From an uncultured Anaerolineales bacterium (lineage in GTDB: Bacteria > Planctomycetota > Phycisphaerae > FEN-1346): a stretch of DNA of 60,252 bases. Positions 9,543 through 18,223 of the stretch are shown piece by piece. The first letter of the stretch is position 1, and every line of letters starts with the position of its first letter. The position numbers and the translations under genes are program-made. Location of the stretch: positions 1 to 60,252 of the forward strand of contig CAZNYC010000005.1 of NCBI GenBank assembly GCA_964577175.1. Direction: 5' to 3'. The notes beneath the pieces are model-generated. The model ran no database searches, had not been told where the DNA came from, and was given only the letters and a program-made list of their open reading frames with translations.

Positions 9543-10514
9543 ATGCGCGTCACACGTCTTCAGCGCATCCTGAAACTCCTGACGCTCCTGGAGACCGGCC
9601 GGCCGTACAACGCCGCCCAGTTGGCCGAGGCGTGCGGGGTATCGCGGCGGACCGTCTACCGCGACCTCAATACGCTGGAGGCCGCCGGCATTCCCGTCTT
9701 CTTCGACCAGGGGTCCGGCCGGTACCAGGTGCACGAGACCGGCCTGATGCCGGCGGTGAACCTGCGGCTGGAGGAGGCGCTGGCGGTGGTCCTGCTGGCG
9801 GGGGAACTCGGGCGGCAGGGCGGCCTGCCCCTGCTGGAGCCCGCCCGCGACGCCGCCGCCAAGATCGAGGCCTCCCTGCCGCTGGGCATGCGGGCCCTCG
9901 TCGAGCGCCTCGCCCGGACCACCGTCGTCCGGACGCCGCCGACCGCCCGGCACCGCGGCCTGCACCCCACGTACCGCCTCGTCCAGGACGCCATCCGCAA
10001 GGGCCGGCCCCTGGAGGCCGTCTACATCTCGTTCCACGACGCGGGGCAGATCCATACCCGCCTGGAGCCGTACTGGCTCCTCTTCAACGACCGGGCGTGG
10101 TACGTCATCGGGCGGTCGTCGCGGCACAAGGAGGTCCGCACGTTCAAACTCGGCCGGTTCAAGGAATTGGAACCGACCGACGGGCGGTTCACGCGCCCGA
10201 AGGACCTGACGCTGGAGAAGCACCTCGGCAACGCCTGGCGGCTGATGCGCGGCGACACGGCCCATGCGGTCCATCTGAAGTTCAGCCCGCTCGTGAGCCC
10301 GAACGTGGCGGAGGTCACCTGGCACCGCACCCAGCAGGTGGCGTGGGACGAGGACGGGTGCGTCCACTTCCGCGCCACGGTGGACGGCCTCTCGGAGATC
10401 GTCTGGTGGGTCCTGGGCTACGGCGACCAGGTGGAGGTGCTGGCGCCGGCGGCGCTGCGGCGGCGCGTCGCCGACACCGCCCGCCGCATGCTGGCGATGT
10501 ACGAGGGGGCGTAG
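9543..10514 (+). CDS. HTH + WYL domain transcriptional regulator (YafY/PafBC/BrxR-like architecture)
   Basis: N-terminal MRVTRLQRILKLLTLLETGRPYNAAQLAEACGVSRRTVYRDLNTLEAAGIPV (DeoR-type HTH). Central region YWLLFNDRAWYVIG is WYL-like. ATG at 9543 preceded by GGAG. Confidence 0.75.
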   Translation: MRVTRLQRILKLLTLLETGRPYNAAQLAEACGVSRRTVYRDLNTLEAAGIPVFFDQGSGRYQVHETGLMPAVNLRLEEALAVVLLAGELGRQGGLPLLEPARDAAAKIEASLPLGMRALVERLARTTVVRTPPTARHRGLHPTYRLVQDAIRKGRPLEAVYISFHDAGQIHTRLEPYWLLFNDRAWYVIGRSSRHKEVRTFKLGRFKELEPTDGRFTRPKDLTLEKHLGNAWRLMRGDTAHAVHLKFSPLVSPNVAEVTWHRTQQVAWDEDGCVHFRATVDGLSEIVWWVLGYGDQVEVLAPAALRRRVADTARRMLAMYEGA

Positions 10515-10604
10515 GAGTACGACGCGACACGTCCCCCGCCGCCCCCGGCCGTGCAAGGGGGGTACGATGTCTGGGGCACTTCCCCCACGGGCCCGGCCAT
10601 TCTG

Positions 10605-10632
10605 TTGATTTCCTCCACCGAATAGTTATAAG
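10605..10632 (+). promoter_or_regulatory. Candidate promoter (TTGATT, 16-nt spacer, TATAAG) upstream of the TolC-like gene
   Basis: TTGATTTCCTCCACCGAATAGTTATAAG in a local AT-richer patch 75 nt upstream of the ATG at 10707. Confidence 0.4.
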
Positions 10633-10706
10633 ATGTCAACCATCCGGCGCGGGCCGCGCGGCGGCCACGGGGGCGCGCGCTCCGACTTCTGCACGAGACG
10701 GGCAAC

Positions 10707-12557
10707 ATGATTTATCGCCGCCCACGGCAACCGTCCAGAACCGCCGCCCTGCGCGTCGCCCTTGCGGCCGTCGTGCTGACGGGGGCCCTGCTCGGCGGCT
10801 GCGGCCGCGGCCACGGCACGGGCGTGGAGGAGGCCGGCGAGTCCGTCCTGGACGCCTGGCCGATCGAGGCCCCCGCCCTGCCGTCGGAGGGGGCGGCACC
10901 CGCCCTCGCCGGGCACCGTGGCCCGCCGCCGGCCGACTCGCGCCCCCTGGCCGCCTCCGAGGCCGGTCCCGGCCAGTCGGAAGCCCCACGCCCCACCCGC
11001 ACCGGCTCGCATCCGCCCGCCGCCGCGCCGGACGGCTTCGTCGATCCCATCACACGCGACGCCGACCGCCTGCCGATGACCCTGGAGGCGTGCCTGCGGC
11101 GGGCGCTGGCAAACAACCTGAAGATTCAGATCGCCCGCTTCGGCCCGGCCATCGCCGAGACTCACGTCTCTGAGGCCGAGGCCCTCTTCGACCCGGCGTG
11201 GTACATGAACAACGCCCTCGGCCGGGTGCGGCAGGACGCGGGCACGTTCCTCGCCGGCGCCACCACGCTCGTCACCAAGCAGTGGGACTTCGACACGGGG
11301 GTCGAGACGCTCCTGCCCACGGGGGCCACGGTCGCCCTCAGCCAGGACTGGACGTATATCGATTCCAGCAGCACCTTTTTCATGCCGAACCCGCAGTACG
11401 ACTCGGACCTGAACCTGGTGGTCCGCCAGCCGCTGCTCCGCGGGGCGGGGCTACAGGTGACGAAGAGCCCCATCGTCCTGGCGCGCCTCGACCACCGCGT
11501 CAGCCTGGCCGACTTCAAGGCCCGCATCATGGACACGCTGCTGGAGGTCGAGCGGACGTACTGGAACCTGGCGGTGGCCGAGGTCCGCGTCCGGGCGCTC
11601 ACCGAGGCGCTGGAGGCCGCCCGCGAGAACCGCCGCATCGCCCGCCGCCGCTTCGAGGAGGGCAAGGCCCGCCGCGTCGTCGTCAGCCTGGCCGAGAGCG
11701 CCGTCACGCGTCGGCAGGCGGACCTGGTGGCCGCCCGCCTCGTCCTGGCCCAGACGAGCGACCGGCTGAAGCGGCTCCTGAACGATCCGGCGTTGCCGCT
11801 GGAGGAACCCGCCCTCCTGACGGCCTCCGACCGGCCGCCGACCGAGCCCGTGCCCATCACCCGCCGCATGTACCAGGACAGCCTGCTGGCCGCCATGAAG
11901 CATCGGCCGGAGATGGACACCGCCTCGGCCGCCGTCGACCAGGCCAACGTCCTGGAACGCGTGGCCCGCAACGAGCGGCTGCCGCAGTTGGACCTGGCGG
12001 CCGGGTACACCCTGAACGGGCTGGACAGCGACCTGAGCCCGGCGATGCAGGAGGCGTTCACGACGACGTTCTTCGATTGGCAGGCGGGGCTGGAGTTCCG
12101 GATTCCCATCGGGAACCGGGCCCGCACCGCCGCCCACGAGCGGAGCCGCCTGGAGCAGGCCGTCGCCGTCCGCCGGCGGGAGGACACGCGGCAGCAGATT
12201 CTTCTGGAGGTCAGCCAGACGGTCCGCGACGTGGCCGCCGCCGAGGAGAGCATCCTGGCCACCCGGGCCGCGCGCGAGGCGGCCGAGCAGACCCTCCGCG
12301 ACCAGCGGGCGAACGTGGCGGCGGGGGCGGCCCTGCAGAAAGACCTCCTGGAGGCCCAGCGCGACCTGGCCGACGCCAAGGTCGACGAAATCCGCGCCAT
12401 GGCCGACTACATGATCGCCCTGGCGCTGCTGGAACGGGCCAAGGGTACGCTGCTCGCCTACAATAATATAGAGGTCATGGGGGAGCCGGCCCGCCCGGGC
12501 GGCATGCCGCCGGACCCTGCCGCCGGCGCGCCGGCGAACCAGGGAGACCATCGCTGA
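10707..12557 (+). CDS. TolC-family outer membrane efflux lipoprotein with a Pro/Ala-rich N-terminal linker of about 100 aa
   Basis: Lipobox ALLGGC. Outer membrane efflux protein pattern (LEACLRRALANNLKIQ, a repeated two-fold alpha-helical/beta structure, and RDLADAKVDEIRAMADYMIALALLERAKG at the C-terminus). No adjacent membrane fusion or inner membrane pump gene. Confidence 0.8.
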   Translation: MIYRRPRQPSRTAALRVALAAVVLTGALLGGCGRGHGTGVEEAGESVLDAWPIEAPALPSEGAAPALAGHRGPPPADSRPLAASEAGPGQSEAPRPTRTGSHPPAAAPDGFVDPITRDADRLPMTLEACLRRALANNLKIQIARFGPAIAETHVSEAEALFDPAWYMNNALGRVRQDAGTFLAGATTLVTKQWDFDTGVETLLPTGATVALSQDWTYIDSSSTFFMPNPQYDSDLNLVVRQPLLRGAGLQVTKSPIVLARLDHRVSLADFKARIMDTLLEVERTYWNLAVAEVRVRALTEALEAARENRRIARRRFEEGKARRVVVSLAESAVTRRQADLVAARLVLAQTSDRLKRLLNDPALPLEEPALLTASDRPPTEPVPITRRMYQDSLLAAMKHRPEMDTASAAVDQANVLERVARNERLPQLDLAAGYTLNGLDSDLSPAMQEAFTTTFFDWQAGLEFRIPIGNRARTAAHERSRLEQAVAVRRREDTRQQILLEVSQTVRDVAAAEESILATRAAREAAEQTLRDQRANVAAGAALQKDLLEAQRDLADAKVDEIRAMADYMIALALLERAKGTLLAYNNIEVMGEPARPGGMPPDPAAGAPANQGDHR

Positions 12558-12904
12558 CCCGCCCCAGCCCTCTCGCCGTCACCGTCGCTTTCTTCCACGA
12601 GCATCTACCGTTCCGGGAGATGGCGCCGGACGACGGCGGGCCCGACCGGGCCGCCCTCGTTTGCCGCACGGACGACCGCTAACCCACCCACGCCGGCGCA
12701 TTCCGAGTTTCCGTGGCAGGGCGGTGGGCGCGGCACGAAAATCCATCTTCACGGAAATTAAACAGCGCATCGAGCCTTACACCGCGTATAATAGTTGCGG
12801 GCGAGAAATGAAATGCCTGCAGATCGGCCGACCAGACGGCCGACACCAATAGCAGTGCCTCAGACATAGCCTGCCACGAGGGGTAGTTTCGGTCGGAGCC
12901 TTCC

Positions 12905-14740
12905 TTGACGACGCACGACGTGCATCCTCAGACTGTGACGGGAAGTCTCTGTCGGGTGCTGGCGACGGGAACCCTGGCCGCTCTTCTGCTGAGTGCCACC
13001 CTGCCGGCCGCAGAGACGCCACCCACCACGAACGCCGGCGACGCGTCCGGCCTGGGCGCGGTCTGGACGGACGCCGCCCACTTGTACGGCCCTGCCTCCG
13101 TCCGGAGCCGGGGCTTGCTCCTCGGGGCGCGGAACCCGAACGGCCCGAGTTGCGTCCGGGTCCGCGACGGGGCGCCGCTGTTCAGTGCCGCCGACGGCGG
13201 CGTGGGCACCCGCATGTGCCACTTCCTGGGCCACGCGGCTTCGGATCGCGGCAACCCGCGCGCCGAGTACATCTGGCAGCAGTCCACGCTCCGGGCCGCC
13301 TGCGAGCGACTGAAGCGCGAGAACCATACCGCCTACGCCCGGGCGGCGCGGCTGGCGCAAGGGGCCGGCCGCCTCGCCGACGGGCTGGCCGAGGCGTCCG
13401 CCCTTCCGGCCGACCTGAAACCGCTGGAGGTCAACGACGGCGGAACGCTTCTGGGCTGCACCGCCCGCCGGCTGGACGAGGCCATCGCCGGGCGCGACCT
13501 GGCGTCGGCCCGCGTCTGGGCCCGTGAGTTCCGCGCTGCGGCCGACCGCCTGGTCGATCTCCATCGCTGGGTCCATCTCATCATCGAGAACGAACTGGCG
13601 TCGCTGGCGTTCCAGAAGCAGTGCCGCCCGGTGTACATGAGCGTGGACCGCCCGTTCGAGATGACGGGGATGCTGGCGGACGAATCCGCCGCCTGTTTCC
13701 CCGGGCTCCAGAACGCGGTCTGCATGGTCTACAACCTGATGGAAGTGGAGCACCAGGCGGAGTGGCTGTTCGCGCGTCCGCCGGAGCCCTGGCGGCCGGC
13801 AGCCGAATCCCCGGCACCCACCGCCCCGCATCGCCTGCCGGCGGTCGCCTCGGCGGTCGGCATGCCCCCGCACCTCAGGGAGGCGTTCGCCGTCCTCCGC
13901 AGCCACCTCACGCCCGAGACCCAGGCCCTCTGGGACGAGGCCGCCGCCGCCCCCTACCACCGGACGTACCTCGCCAACGTCATTCATCGGTACCGGGCGG
14001 TCGGCGTGCTGGACGAGGTCGGCGACCTGCTGGAACGTTTCGACCGGGTCCAGGACGAGGCGACGGTCAATGCCCTGATGGACGTCCTGTTCTACCGCGG
14101 CGGTACGCCGAACGCCAACGCCTCGCCGGCCGAACGGTTCGATCCCCGGCTGATGCAGGCCTCCCGGACGCTCGCCGGCACGCGGGAACAGGTCCTCCTC
14201 GGCGCCCAGCACTTCACGCGGGCGTGGTTCGGGTCCTGGGACAACTACGAGGGCGGCAGCGACTCCCTCAGCCAGGCCCTCGACGACGGAAAACTCGACT
14301 GCATCGACGCCGCCAACATGATCGGGACGCTTTACCGCAACGCCGGCCGCGGCGGCTACTACGCCGTCCGCTGGGGCGCGGGCGTCGTCGGCCATTCCGT
14401 CTCCGGCGCCCTGCTCGACCGCGACGGGCAGCCCCTCATCGGCATCGTCGACGGTCTCGACCAACCGCAGACCGCCGCCGACCTCTGGCCCCACGCCTAC
14501 CGCAAGGGCAGCGAGTGGCCGAAGGGATACGTCGGCCTGCGGGCCCCCGTGTACGCGGTGGAAGTCCTCGGCCGCGGCCTCGACAGTTATCTGTGGTGCC
14601 AAGGTTTTATCATTCGAGGCAAGCATGCGGGCACGCTCGTGCGTTCGACGATTCCGTACCTGCCCGCCTGGACGCCGACGGCCTTCGCACAGCGGGAGCC
14701 GTCGCCCCCGCGGCCGAGTGCGCCCGTCCCGGCGCCGTAA
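12905..14740 (+). CDS. Secreted hypothetical protein, paralogue 1 of a tandem pair, with a putative C-terminal transglutaminase/papain-like Cys-His-Asp core
   Basis: TTG start preceded by GGAG. Signal-like LATGTLAALLLSATLPAAE. Colinear with 15048..16928. Conserved KLDCIDAANMIGTLYRNAGR...GHS...VDGLD. A perfect TATAAT at 12787-12792 lies upstream in an AT-richer patch. Confidence 0.7.
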   Translation: MTTHDVHPQTVTGSLCRVLATGTLAALLLSATLPAAETPPTTNAGDASGLGAVWTDAAHLYGPASVRSRGLLLGARNPNGPSCVRVRDGAPLFSAADGGVGTRMCHFLGHAASDRGNPRAEYIWQQSTLRAACERLKRENHTAYARAARLAQGAGRLADGLAEASALPADLKPLEVNDGGTLLGCTARRLDEAIAGRDLASARVWAREFRAAADRLVDLHRWVHLIIENELASLAFQKQCRPVYMSVDRPFEMTGMLADESAACFPGLQNAVCMVYNLMEVEHQAEWLFARPPEPWRPAAESPAPTAPHRLPAVASAVGMPPHLREAFAVLRSHLTPETQALWDEAAAAPYHRTYLANVIHRYRAVGVLDEVGDLLERFDRVQDEATVNALMDVLFYRGGTPNANASPAERFDPRLMQASRTLAGTREQVLLGAQHFTRAWFGSWDNYEGGSDSLSQALDDGKLDCIDAANMIGTLYRNAGRGGYYAVRWGAGVVGHSVSGALLDRDGQPLIGIVDGLDQPQTAADLWPHAYRKGSEWPKGYVGLRAPVYAVEVLGRGLDSYLWCQGFIIRGKHAGTLVRSTIPYLPAWTPTAFAQREPSPPRPSAPVPAP

Positions 14741-14755
14741 CAGCCTGTCCGAATA

Positions 14756-14833
14756 AGAGCCTATCCGAATAACCCCTCGTCGGCCCGAGGCCGCCACAGC
14801 CGGCCGAAGCCAGAGGGTGATTCGCATAGGCCC
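14756..14833. mobile_element. MITE-like element, family B, short copy (AGAGCCTATCCGAATAACCCCTC ... GAGGGTGATTCGCATAGGCCCT)
   Basis: Terminal inverted repeats and internal GTCGGCCCGAGGCCG / GCCGGCCGAAGCCAGAGGGTGATTCG are shared with the 161-bp copy at 37064-37224. Confidence 0.7.
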
Positions 14834-15047
14834 TGAGTACCCCGCGGCGGGGCCCCGCCGGCCGGTCGCTCCGAGGGGACGCCCCCCGGAGGCAATAATC
14901 GGGCGTGGGCGGCGCTGAACCCGATGAAACGCGCACGCACCGGCCGCGGCGCCTCCCCCCACGCCGCGAACCGTTCGGCTACGCGCGGCCGGCCCGGAGC
15001 ACCTGTCCGGACAGGCGCGAAGAGGGGCAGCGTTTCAGGAGCCGCCT

Positions 15048-16928
15048 TTGCCCACCTGGCGCGTATCTCGGCACCGGCGAGGGCCGTGGTGCGGCGCGAT
15101 CGCCGTCGCGATGGCCGTCCTGCTCGGTGGCTTGCACCAGGGCCCGGGGCCGCTCGCGGCCGCGCTGGCGTCCGAAACGCCCTCCCCTTTCACGCCTGCT
15201 TCCGCCGACGCCTCCCTGGCCGAGCGCTGGGCCGACATCGTTGACCTCCTCGGTGGGACCCGGCCCGCGAGCCGGCGGGTGCTGCTCGGCGCGCGCGACC
15301 CGGACGGCCCGAGTTGCGTCGAAGACCGCGCCGCCTTCGCCTTCCACATGCACCCGGACGGCGGTCCGGGCACCCGGCTGGCCTACCTGTATGGCCAGAG
15401 CGAACCCCGGCGCGGGTCGCCGCTCGCCGACTTCCGGTGGTACCAGGACGTGCTCCGCCGCTACAGCGAGACCGTCCACCGGCGGAACCGGGCCGTGTAT
15501 CCCCGTGCGCTGCGGTTGGCGGACGAAACGGCTGACCTGGCCCGCGCGCTGGCGGAGGCGCCCGCCTGGCCGGACGGTCTTCAGCCGGCGGAGGTGGCGA
15601 CGGCGGCAGACCGCCTTGGGCGGTGGTCCGCCCGGTTGGACGAAGCCATCGCGTCCCGCCGCCTGTCGGACGCCCGCCGCGCCGCCGCCGAACTGGCCTC
15701 GGCCGCCGCCTCCCTGGCGGACCTGCACCGGTGGCTCGACCTGCTGACGGCGAACCTGCTGGCGCAACTGGAGTTCCAGGCGCGGTGCCGGCCCGTCTTC
15801 ACGGCCTGGAACGATCGCCTCGATGTCCCCTACCGGCCGCAGCAGCACATCTCCGGGTTCCCCGGCGGGCGCGCGTGGGTGACGGTCAACCAGAACCTGC
15901 TGGAAGTGGAACACCAGGCGGAGTGGCTGTTCGCGTCGGCCCCACCGGTGCCTGCGGGGGCGGACACGGAAGCGGCCTCCGCCGGCGCGGCCGGGGCCGG
16001 CGTCGCTGCCGGCGTCGAGCCGCTCGCGGCCGTGCCGGCCGCCGTCTGGCTGCCGCCGGCGCTGCGGCCGACGTTCCTCCGCCTGCGCGAGGGGCTGGGC
16101 CCCGACGCCCGCCGCGCCTGGGACCACGCCGCCCGCGCCCCGTACCATCACGCGTACCTGGCGAACATGCTGTTCCATATCCGGCGCAGCGACGGCGAGG
16201 ACGTCGTGGCGGAGGTCCTGGCCCGGTACCAGGCCGCCCACCCGGAGCCCGCCACCGCCGATCTGATGGACGTCCTCTTCTACCGGGGCGGCGACCCGGA
16301 CGGCGGCGAGGCGTGGCGCGACCGGTTCCACCCGCAACTCCTGGCCGCCGCCGCCACACTCGCCGGCACGCGCGAGCAGGTGCTCCTGGGCGCCCAGCAT
16401 TACACGCGGGCGGTCTTCGGCGGCTGGCGCCGGTACGGGAAAACCGGCAGCGTCGAGGTCGCCCTCACCGAGGGCCGCTTCGACTGCATCGGCGCCACGG
16501 ACATCATCGGGTCGCTGTACCGCAACGCGGGGCGGCCGCGATTCTACAACGTGCACCTGGCGGCCGGGGGCGGCTCGCACACCCTGGCCGCCGCCGCCGT
16601 CGATACGGCGGGCGGCCCCGCCGTCGCCGTCGTCGACGGCCTCGACGCCGCCGGCCTCGAGGCGGCTCGATGGCCGGACGCGTTCTTCCACGACGGTGCG
16701 GGCTGGCCCGCCGGGTACACCGGTCCCGCGCCGCCGGTCCAGGCGGCGGAACTGTACACGCGCGGCATCGACAGTTACCTGTGGCTCGAAGGATACATCC
16801 TTCGCGGGCCGCGGGCCGGCTACTTCCGCGCCGCGACGGTGCCGTACCTGGCGTCGCATCCGCGGCCGACGGCGGCGCGCCTGCGCCGCGCGGTGTCCGA
16901 CCGGAGGGGCGCGGCGTCCGGGCCGTGA
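15048..16928 (+). CDS. Secreted hypothetical protein, paralogue 2 of the tandem pair
   Basis: TTG start. Signal-like RHRRGPWCGAIAVAMAVLLGGL..AAALA. Blocks shared with paralogue 1: LLGARDPDGPSCV, DLHRW, LLEVEHQAEWLFA, APYHHAYLAN, LMDVLFYRGG, LAGTREQVLLGAQH, FDCIGATDIIGSLYRNAGR, SHT and VVDGLD. Confidence 0.7.
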   Translation: MPTWRVSRHRRGPWCGAIAVAMAVLLGGLHQGPGPLAAALASETPSPFTPASADASLAERWADIVDLLGGTRPASRRVLLGARDPDGPSCVEDRAAFAFHMHPDGGPGTRLAYLYGQSEPRRGSPLADFRWYQDVLRRYSETVHRRNRAVYPRALRLADETADLARALAEAPAWPDGLQPAEVATAADRLGRWSARLDEAIASRRLSDARRAAAELASAAASLADLHRWLDLLTANLLAQLEFQARCRPVFTAWNDRLDVPYRPQQHISGFPGGRAWVTVNQNLLEVEHQAEWLFASAPPVPAGADTEAASAGAAGAGVAAGVEPLAAVPAAVWLPPALRPTFLRLREGLGPDARRAWDHAARAPYHHAYLANMLFHIRRSDGEDVVAEVLARYQAAHPEPATADLMDVLFYRGGDPDGGEAWRDRFHPQLLAAAATLAGTREQVLLGAQHYTRAVFGGWRRYGKTGSVEVALTEGRFDCIGATDIIGSLYRNAGRPRFYNVHLAAGGGSHTLAAAAVDTAGGPAVAVVDGLDAAGLEAARWPDAFFHDGAGWPAGYTGPAPPVQAAELYTRGIDSYLWLEGYILRGPRAGYFRAATVPYLASHPRPTAARLRRAVSDRRGAASGP

Positions 16929-17090
16929 GGCGCGCGGCCGTCTCGTCCCGCAACGCTCCCGCCGTCTGCTTTCCGCGCCGGTCCCCGGCACGTCCTTTTC
17001 CTGTGCGATGATTTGCGTTACGCTATGCGCCGGCGCGGCGGCGCCCGGCCCGCCGCGCCCGCCGCGCCCGATCCGTTCGAGGCCGCCGCC

Positions 17091-17888
17091 ATGACCGACC
17101 CCCGACTGCCGCGCTTCTTCGTCCCGCCCGACGTCGCCGGCGCCGGCGCGCCGGCGTCCGGGCGGCGCCTCGCCCTCCCGCCGTCCGAAGCGCACCATGC
17201 GGCCCACGTGCTGCGCCTCGCCGCGGGCGACGCCGTCGAGGTCTTCGACGGGCGCGGCGGGTCGGCGGCGGGGCGCATCGCCGGGGTGTTGCGCGGCGAG
17301 GTGACCGTGGCGATCGAGACCGTCCGCGCGCCGGCCCCGGCGCCGAAGCCCGCGCTCCGCCTGGTCTTCGCCGTGCCGAAGGGCAAGCGGCTCGACTGGC
17401 TCCTGGAGAAGGCGACGGAACTCGGCGCCGCGCGGCTGGCGCCGGTCCGTTTTGCGCGGAGCGTGGCGGGCGGCGAGGCGCTGTCCCCGGCGGCGCGGCG
17501 GCGATGGGACGCGCGGTGCATCTCGGCGGCGAAGCAGAGCCGCCGGACGCACCTGCCCGCGATCGAGCCGCCCGCCCCCCTGGACGAGGCGCTCGCCGGC
17601 GACGGCGCCGCAGGGGCGGGCATCTTCGGCGACACGGGGGCGGGCGCGGCGCCCGTCCTCGGCGCGCTCACCGCCCGGCCGCCGGCGTCCCAGATTGAAA
17701 TGTTCCATATATATGTAGGCCCGGAAGGCGGGGTGACCGAGGCGGAGCGCCGCCGGCTTACGGCGGCCGGGCTCGTACCGGTCCGCCTGGGCCCCACGGT
17801 GCTGCGGACGGAGACGGCGGCGGCGGCGCTGCTGGCGGTGGCGACGGCGTGGCGCGATGCGGGATCGGGCGCGCCGACGGCCCAATAA
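17091..17888 (+). CDS. rsmE: 16S rRNA (uracil1498-N3)-methyltransferase
   Basis: PRFFVPP N-terminus, HHAAHVLRL, VFDGRGG, LLEKATELGA, and IYVGPEGGVTEAE...GPTVLRTETAA at the C-terminus. ATG at 17091 inside ORF 17013..17888. Confidence 0.85.
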   Translation: MTDPRLPRFFVPPDVAGAGAPASGRRLALPPSEAHHAAHVLRLAAGDAVEVFDGRGGSAAGRIAGVLRGEVTVAIETVRAPAPAPKPALRLVFAVPKGKRLDWLLEKATELGAARLAPVRFARSVAGGEALSPAARRRWDARCISAAKQSRRTHLPAIEPPAPLDEALAGDGAAGAGIFGDTGAGAAPVLGALTARPPASQIEMFHIYVGPEGGVTEAERRRLTAAGLVPVRLGPTVLRTETAAAALLAVATAWRDAGSGAPTAQ

Positions 17889-17964
17889 TGGTAAACTGGG
17901 CAATCTGCGGGGGGTCGGGTGGCAAGTTTTCCTACAACCGGCCCGGAAAAAATCCCTCCTCAAT

Positions 17965-17992
17965 TTGACTTTCCGCCTGTATGGGCTATATT
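17965..17992 (+). promoter_or_regulatory. Candidate sigma70-type promoter (TTGACT, 16-nt spacer, TATATT) about 230 nt upstream of the giant gene
   Basis: TTGACTTTCCGCCTGTATGGGCTATATT in the AT-richest part of the 335-bp intergenic region. Confidence 0.45.
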
Positions 17993-18223
17993 CTCTTAGC
18001 ACGTCCCGCTGGTAAACCGGTCGTAAAACGCGGCTGAGCGCTCTACAGGGCCACGCCGGCGGGTGGCAAACAGGACCAGGGAAGTGCAGGACACATCCTC
18101 ATCGTACACGACGACCGCATATCGCGAGAAAGGCAACCGGCCGCGGGGCCGGAGGCTGCGCATGGATACAGAAAGTCTGCACAACGGACACGTACCGTCA
18201 CGTCTCATTCGAGGGAGAAAGTC

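Noticed and set aside
15048-15170. Possible twin-arginine (Tat) signal in paralogue 2 (SRHRRGPW)
   Set aside because: It does not fit the S/T-R-R-x-F-L-K consensus, and paralogue 1 has no RR pair. It is treated as a generic signal peptide.
12860-18002. Minus-strand ORFs of 700 aa (12860..14962) and 1007 aa (14979..18002)
   Set aside because: Antisense shadows of the tandem paralogues and rsmE. They are Arg/Gly/Pro-rich junk, and they cross intergenic regions and a MITE.
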